DNA of 63,692 nt, counting the filler, from Myxococcota bacterium (GTDB lineage Bacteria > Myxococcota_C > UBA6777), in the NCBI GenBank assembly GCA_023150835.1. It is 3 parts of 3 records of this genome, joined end to end, with 100 filler letters (N's around TTAATTAATTAA, not from the genome) between each part and the next. Parts side by side here need not be neighbours in the genome. Positions count along the whole stretch, not along the records: positions 51,171 to 63,692 come from JAKLKB010000163.1; 2 more parts are not named here. The stretch is one strand, 5' to 3'. Position 1 is the stretch's first letter. Each line of letters opens with the position of its first letter. The notes below the pieces were generated by a model that ran no database searches, was not told the DNA's origin, and saw nothing but the letters and a program-made list of their open reading frames with translations. The position numbers and the translations under genes were made by a program. Of the stretch, positions 59,351 to 63,692 are shown piece by piece.

Positions 59351-61759
59351 GTGCATACCCTCACGGAATTCTCCTTGGCGACACTTTTGCGCCAACGCAT
59401 TTTTTGGATCATCACCGCTCTACTCACCCTGATCTCGGTGATCTTGGCTGCTCTACCTTTGACAGGGGTTCTGGGCCTCGAATACAGCTTGTTCTTCGGT
59501 GCGCCCGCCACGCTCTTGTGCGGCCATCTCGCGTTGCGTAGCGTCTGGCTGCGAAGTCAAGTCCCCACGCTTTCCCCCGAACTATGGGGGACAACGCTGC
59601 GGATCATCGCCGCCGCCTACCTTGCGCTCTCCCCTGCTTTGTCGCTGATCTGCGCCAACGCCCTGCGCGTCCAAAACTGCAACTGGTCCGAAGGTTTCGC
59701 TTATTTTGGTCTCTTGCCCGCTGTCGGTGTGCTTTGGGGGGCGGTGTTTGGGATGGCTTGTGCGTTGATCCCACGCAAACGCCTTGCCGTCACGGCGTTG
59801 TATGGGCTGCCGCTGTTGAGTGTGTTGTGGGTGCTTTGGGGGGCCTTTGCCCATCCACCGATCTTTGCTTACAACCTCTTTTTCGGCTTTTACCCGGGAT
59901 CGTTGTATGACGAGCTACGCACCATCACATCCACGTTGGTAATTTATCGGATGTGGACGCTTGGGTGTGCGGTCGCATTGCTCGGAGGGATCGCTCTTTT
60001 GGCGGGTCGAAGCGGATTGGTCGGAAAGAGCCACTATGCTTGGCGCGAGGCGGCGTGGTCGCCCTCTCCAGAGGCTCTGGATGGAAGACTCCGTCACACC
60101 GGCCTCGTCGAGACCACCCTCAGCGCGACACTTTGGACCCTCGTTGCCACTTGCGCCGTTGTCTTGGGCTTTTTCAAACGAACGGATCTCGGTTTTGTCC
60201 ACACCAACGCCTCGATCCAACGGGCGCTTGGGGGGCGATGGGAAACCCCGCACTTTGTTCTGTATTACGATATCGAACGCACACAACCTCGACAGATCGA
60301 GCGACTTGCGCGTGATCACGAGTTCCGCTACCACCAACTTGTCCGCTACTTCGGCCACAAACCCCAACAAAAGATCGAATCGTATCTCTTTGTGAGCGCG
60401 GCCCAAAAGAACCAATACATGGGCGCAGAACGCACCATGATCGCCCGACCTTGGGCCTATCAGATGTATCTACACGGCATGGGCTTTCCTCACCCCGTCC
60501 TCAAGCACGAACTCGCTCACGTCTTTTCAGCCGCCTTTGGGCATGGGCCTTTTCGGATCGCTGCACAGCATGGGATCCTCCCTCTCAACGCCTTGATCGA
60601 AGGGGTCGCCGTCGCCGCAGACTGGGAGCGCGATGACTTAACCCCCCATCAATGGTGCAAGGCGATGCTTGAAAAAGGCTGGAAGATCGATCCCGCCAAG
60701 ATCCTCGGCCCTGCGGGCTTCTTTCAACAATCCTCCGCTCTGGCTTACCGTGTCGCAGGCTCTTTTAGCCGCTATCTGATCGATCGATACGGCATGGAGC
60801 GCTACAAACTCGCCTACGGAAAAGCCGATTTCGCCCGCGTTTACCAACGATCCCTCGAACAACTGGCCCAAGAATGGCGCAGCTTCCTCAAAAACCAAGT
60901 CCAGCTTTCCACCGCTGATCGCCATGATGCACACTACGCCTTCCGCAACTTCCGCTCCATCTTCAAGCGCACCTGCCCTCACGAGATCGCCGCCCTACGC
61001 AGCCACATCGCCTCCGCCTCGCAAACACGGCGCTATCGCACCGCCCTCGCCCTCCAACAACGCCTTTGCTCCATCGACAACCACCCTTACAACCAGCTCT
61101 CCACCGCCGACCTGCTGCTCGCCGCCAAACAATACACCCAAGCCGCCGAACTCCTCGAAGCGATGCGCCGCCAATTCCCCCCCAAAGAATACCCCGTCTT
61201 CCACAGCCGTATCCTTCAACGACTCGCACAGATCCGCTTCCGACAAAACCACACGCAACAAGCCGCCGACCTCCTCCAAGCCATCCCCCTCGAAACCCTC
61301 CCTTTCCACTACCAACGCGAGATCGCCCTCCGCCGCCGCGCCTTCCGATATCCCGATATCACACGCATCATCTTCGATTATCTCGACCAAGACCACAAGA
61401 TCGCCCCTCTGCTCGCCCTCCAACGCGCCGCCCTCCAATCCCCCCAACATCCCGACCTCCACTACCTCCTCGGGCGGAGACTCTATTTTGACCGACAATA
61501 CACTCTCTCCGAATCCATCCTACAAAAAGCCGTCTATCCCCCCCAACTCTCCGCACTCTCCGTCGAGATCCTCCGAATGACCGCAACATCCGCCTTTTTG
61601 CGTGGCGATTATGCCACCGCCGAACTACGCTTCACTCAACTCGCACAACTCAAGATCTCCATGCCTTCGGGCCTTCGTGCCTCTGCCATTGATTGGGCCG
61701 AACGCGCCCGCTGGGAAGCCCAGATCTACCGCAACCCTCCCACACCCAACAACCCATAA
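59351..61759 (+). CDS. Multi-TM membrane protein with a Zn-metallopeptidase (HExxH) domain and TPR-like tail
   Basis: About 7 hydrophobic segments, ETPHFVLYY, VLKHELAHV..LIEGVAV, helical repeat C-terminus; GGAGAGG RBS before GTG 59351. Confidence 0.85.
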   Translation: MHTLTEFSLATLLRQRIFWIITALLTLISVILAALPLTGVLGLEYSLFFGAPATLLCGHLALRSVWLRSQVPTLSPELWGTTLRIIAAAYLALSPALSLICANALRVQNCNWSEGFAYFGLLPAVGVLWGAVFGMACALIPRKRLAVTALYGLPLLSVLWVLWGAFAHPPIFAYNLFFGFYPGSLYDELRTITSTLVIYRMWTLGCAVALLGGIALLAGRSGLVGKSHYAWREAAWSPSPEALDGRLRHTGLVETTLSATLWTLVATCAVVLGFFKRTDLGFVHTNASIQRALGGRWETPHFVLYYDIERTQPRQIERLARDHEFRYHQLVRYFGHKPQQKIESYLFVSAAQKNQYMGAERTMIARPWAYQMYLHGMGFPHPVLKHELAHVFSAAFGHGPFRIAAQHGILPLNALIEGVAVAADWERDDLTPHQWCKAMLEKGWKIDPAKILGPAGFFQQSSALAYRVAGSFSRYLIDRYGMERYKLAYGKADFARVYQRSLEQLAQEWRSFLKNQVQLSTADRHDAHYAFRNFRSIFKRTCPHEIAALRSHIASASQTRRYRTALALQQRLCSIDNHPYNQLSTADLLLAAKQYTQAAELLEAMRRQFPPKEYPVFHSRILQRLAQIRFRQNHTQQAADLLQAIPLETLPFHYQREIALRRRAFRYPDITRIIFDYLDQDHKIAPLLALQRAALQSPQHPDLHYLLGRRLYFDRQYTLSESILQKAVYPPQLSALSVEILRMTATSAFLRGDYATAELRFTQLAQLKISMPSGLRASAIDWAERARWEAQIYRNPPTPNNP

Positions 61760-62017
61760 GACAAGATCGCGATGCCTTGTGACGAAAGCTCTCCATTTGC
61801 GGCTTGCCATTCCATCCAGACCACGCTACAACTGCACTCCTTTACTTCGTCGCACGCAACAAGGATCGAACGATGGGTCTGCACGCGTCCCAGAGAAGAA
61901 CAACACCCACACACCACCCACGCCCTTGGCCTCCACCCAAAACCACCTTGCCTTCACCGCCAAGGCGCTCCATACTCCCCCCGTTCTCCGCCTTTTCGGC
62001 CCGCTAAGGAAATACCG

Positions 62018-63472
62018 ATGACCCACGCACTCCGTCTGCCCGAAGATATCTGGAATCTCCTCCTCCAAGACCCCAATCACACGCTGGCTTGGGTTCAAGG
62101 ACACTACCGCGTCGAAGTCCGACTCATCCCTTCTCTCGAAAGCGCCGAACACGACCTCTCCCCCGAACCCGCTCCCGCCCCCAAGGCTTTATACACACCC
62201 CAAACCACCTCCCCACACGCACCGCTGCGCATCGGAGGTGAGACGCCACGCACTTCGCCCGATGCACCGCCCACACGCATACGCAACACACTCGCCACCA
62301 ACTACGAACTCGCCTCCGTTCAACGAAACCTCGGCACCGTCAATATCGACCTGCTCCTTGATATCTCTTCCGATGATCTCGAAGCCGCTCGACAAGCCCC
62401 ACCCTCCGAACAACCCACCAAACTCCCCGCACCACCGACCTCTCACGAACCGATCTTCTCCGTCCCTTCCAACAACCTCCAGCCCGCCACCGTCCCGATC
62501 CCCCCCAGCGGCTCCAACCAAAGCCTCCCCGTCATTCAGGGCCTTGCTGTCGAAGTCCCCGAAGAGTCTCCTTCGATGGAATTCGAACTCACCCCCGTCG
62601 ATGTGGTCGTCGAACAAGAGCCACGCCTCTCCTTGACCCAAAAACAAGCCCCCAAACCCGCTCGCATCGCCCAGCCCTTCCGCCTTCTTCGCTCCGCTGA
62701 TACCCCGATCGTTCTCAAGATGCTTGCAGGCCGCCTCAGCATCCCCCTCGAACAATCGATATCTCTTCTCTACCAATGGAAACAAGAACAACATCTGCTT
62801 CAACGCGCACAAAACGCACACATCACTCATCTGCTCTCTGTCCTCCTACCCATGAGCGAATCCGCTTACGAAGCTCCTACCCGCTACATCATCGGCATCC
62901 GACGCGATCAACGCTTCTGCCTCTGGCGCAATAGCCCCCTCGGCGACTTCCGCTTTGAAGCCATCCCCAGCGACGGCGGAAACTTCCAAGTCGCCCTCTA
63001 CCAAGGCGAAGCCCTGCTCACCGAAGACGAATTCACTCAACTCTTCACCAAAAGCGACCGCGAACTCGGACCCAAACAAGCCCAACAAAAAGCCCAACAC
63101 CTCTTCCAACAAGTCCAAGGACAGCGCGCCATGACCCAAGGCTCTGTCGCCCAAATGATGCACGTCAAAGCACAAGAAGAATTCGCCGCCCCACAACAAA
63201 ACACCCTCCCCGTCACCCAAGAACTCCTCAACCGACTCGATCACCACCGACTCCGCGAAGAACCCCAGATCTGGGATACCACCCTTCAGCCCGGTGTCGC
63301 CGTCCTCACCCAACACGCCGCCGCCCTCTACCAACACGGAACCGCCCAAATCACGGGCGTCCTCATCTGCATCATCGACCGCAAACAATATATGCTCTTC
63401 GATCAACACACCCGACGCTACGTCACCCTCCTCCCCAACGGCACACAACAACTCTTCCTTCGACGCCGCTAA
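62018..63472 (+). CDS. Hypothetical protein
   Basis: AAGGA RBS before ATG 62018; codon bias like its neighbours; no recognised motif. Confidence 0.75.
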   Translation: MTHALRLPEDIWNLLLQDPNHTLAWVQGHYRVEVRLIPSLESAEHDLSPEPAPAPKALYTPQTTSPHAPLRIGGETPRTSPDAPPTRIRNTLATNYELASVQRNLGTVNIDLLLDISSDDLEAARQAPPSEQPTKLPAPPTSHEPIFSVPSNNLQPATVPIPPSGSNQSLPVIQGLAVEVPEESPSMEFELTPVDVVVEQEPRLSLTQKQAPKPARIAQPFRLLRSADTPIVLKMLAGRLSIPLEQSISLLYQWKQEQHLLQRAQNAHITHLLSVLLPMSESAYEAPTRYIIGIRRDQRFCLWRNSPLGDFRFEAIPSDGGNFQVALYQGEALLTEDEFTQLFTKSDRELGPKQAQQKAQHLFQQVQGQRAMTQGSVAQMMHVKAQEEFAAPQQNTLPVTQELLNRLDHHRLREEPQIWDTTLQPGVAVLTQHAAALYQHGTAQITGVLICIIDRKQYMLFDQHTRRYVTLLPNGTQQLFLRRR

Positions 63473-63534
63473 TCCTCCCCCTAGCCGATCCGTAGGCTGC
63501 TTTGGGTTTTTGCTTCGATCAGAGCGAACAGCTC

Positions 63535-63660
63535 CATAGGTTTTGTGGGGTTCCACCCCATACGCGCCTTGTGAAGCGGAGGAAAGCCCCCCACCCCGCC
63601 CTCCCCCGTGAACAGGGGAGGGAGCGAAAGTCGGAAGCCTCGGGGATTTTGTTTTTTCAT
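63535..63660. repeat. Intergenic hairpins (family B tail and family C-like)
   Basis: GTGGGGTTCCACCCCAT; CTCCCCCGTGAACAGGGGAG; a similar segment lies at about 40245-40330. Confidence 0.55.
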
Positions 63661-63692
63661 GACGCACGCTGTATGCACGAAATGCAGACGCT

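Noticed and set aside
1-63692. tRNA, rRNA, integrase or transposase genes
   Set aside because: None recognised by eye; tRNAscan-SE and Infernal would be needed to exclude small RNAs.

Overview
The window is about three assembly contigs (1-25492, 25593-51070, 51171-63692) joined by two identical artificial 100-bp spacers (N44-TTAATTAATTAA-N44), so adjacency across those joins is not biological. Gene content points to a Myxococcota-like deltaproteobacterium: a Ser/Thr kinase, FHA and DUF4388 proteins, and giant Cys-rich, RCC1 and WD40 lipoproteins. Core genes are typA, a SUF operon (sufB-C-D-S-U-sufT-like, then sua5), ahpC-ahpD, coaE, an aldehyde dehydrogenase, a GH31 glycosidase, two methyltransferases and a B3/4 protein. 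Accessory genes are an ABC-ATPase + DUF4276/TOPRIM-like pair, a BrnT/CopG toxin-antitoxin pair, and five lipoproteins that share one N-terminal Cys-rich module but carry different C-terminal cargo. The most notable observations: (1) a 63-65 bp mini element resembling the 5' end of an IscB omega/HEARO RNA sits between the RBS and ATGA start of a truncated gene, and the empty-site paralog is in the same window; (2) the modular lipoprotein family; (3) in-frame His-rich or Thr-rich tandem-repeat insertions in three SUF proteins; (4) at least three families of intergenic REP/MITE-like elements. All family names come from motif recognition by eye; no database searches were run. No rRNA, tRNA, CRISPR array or transposase was found.
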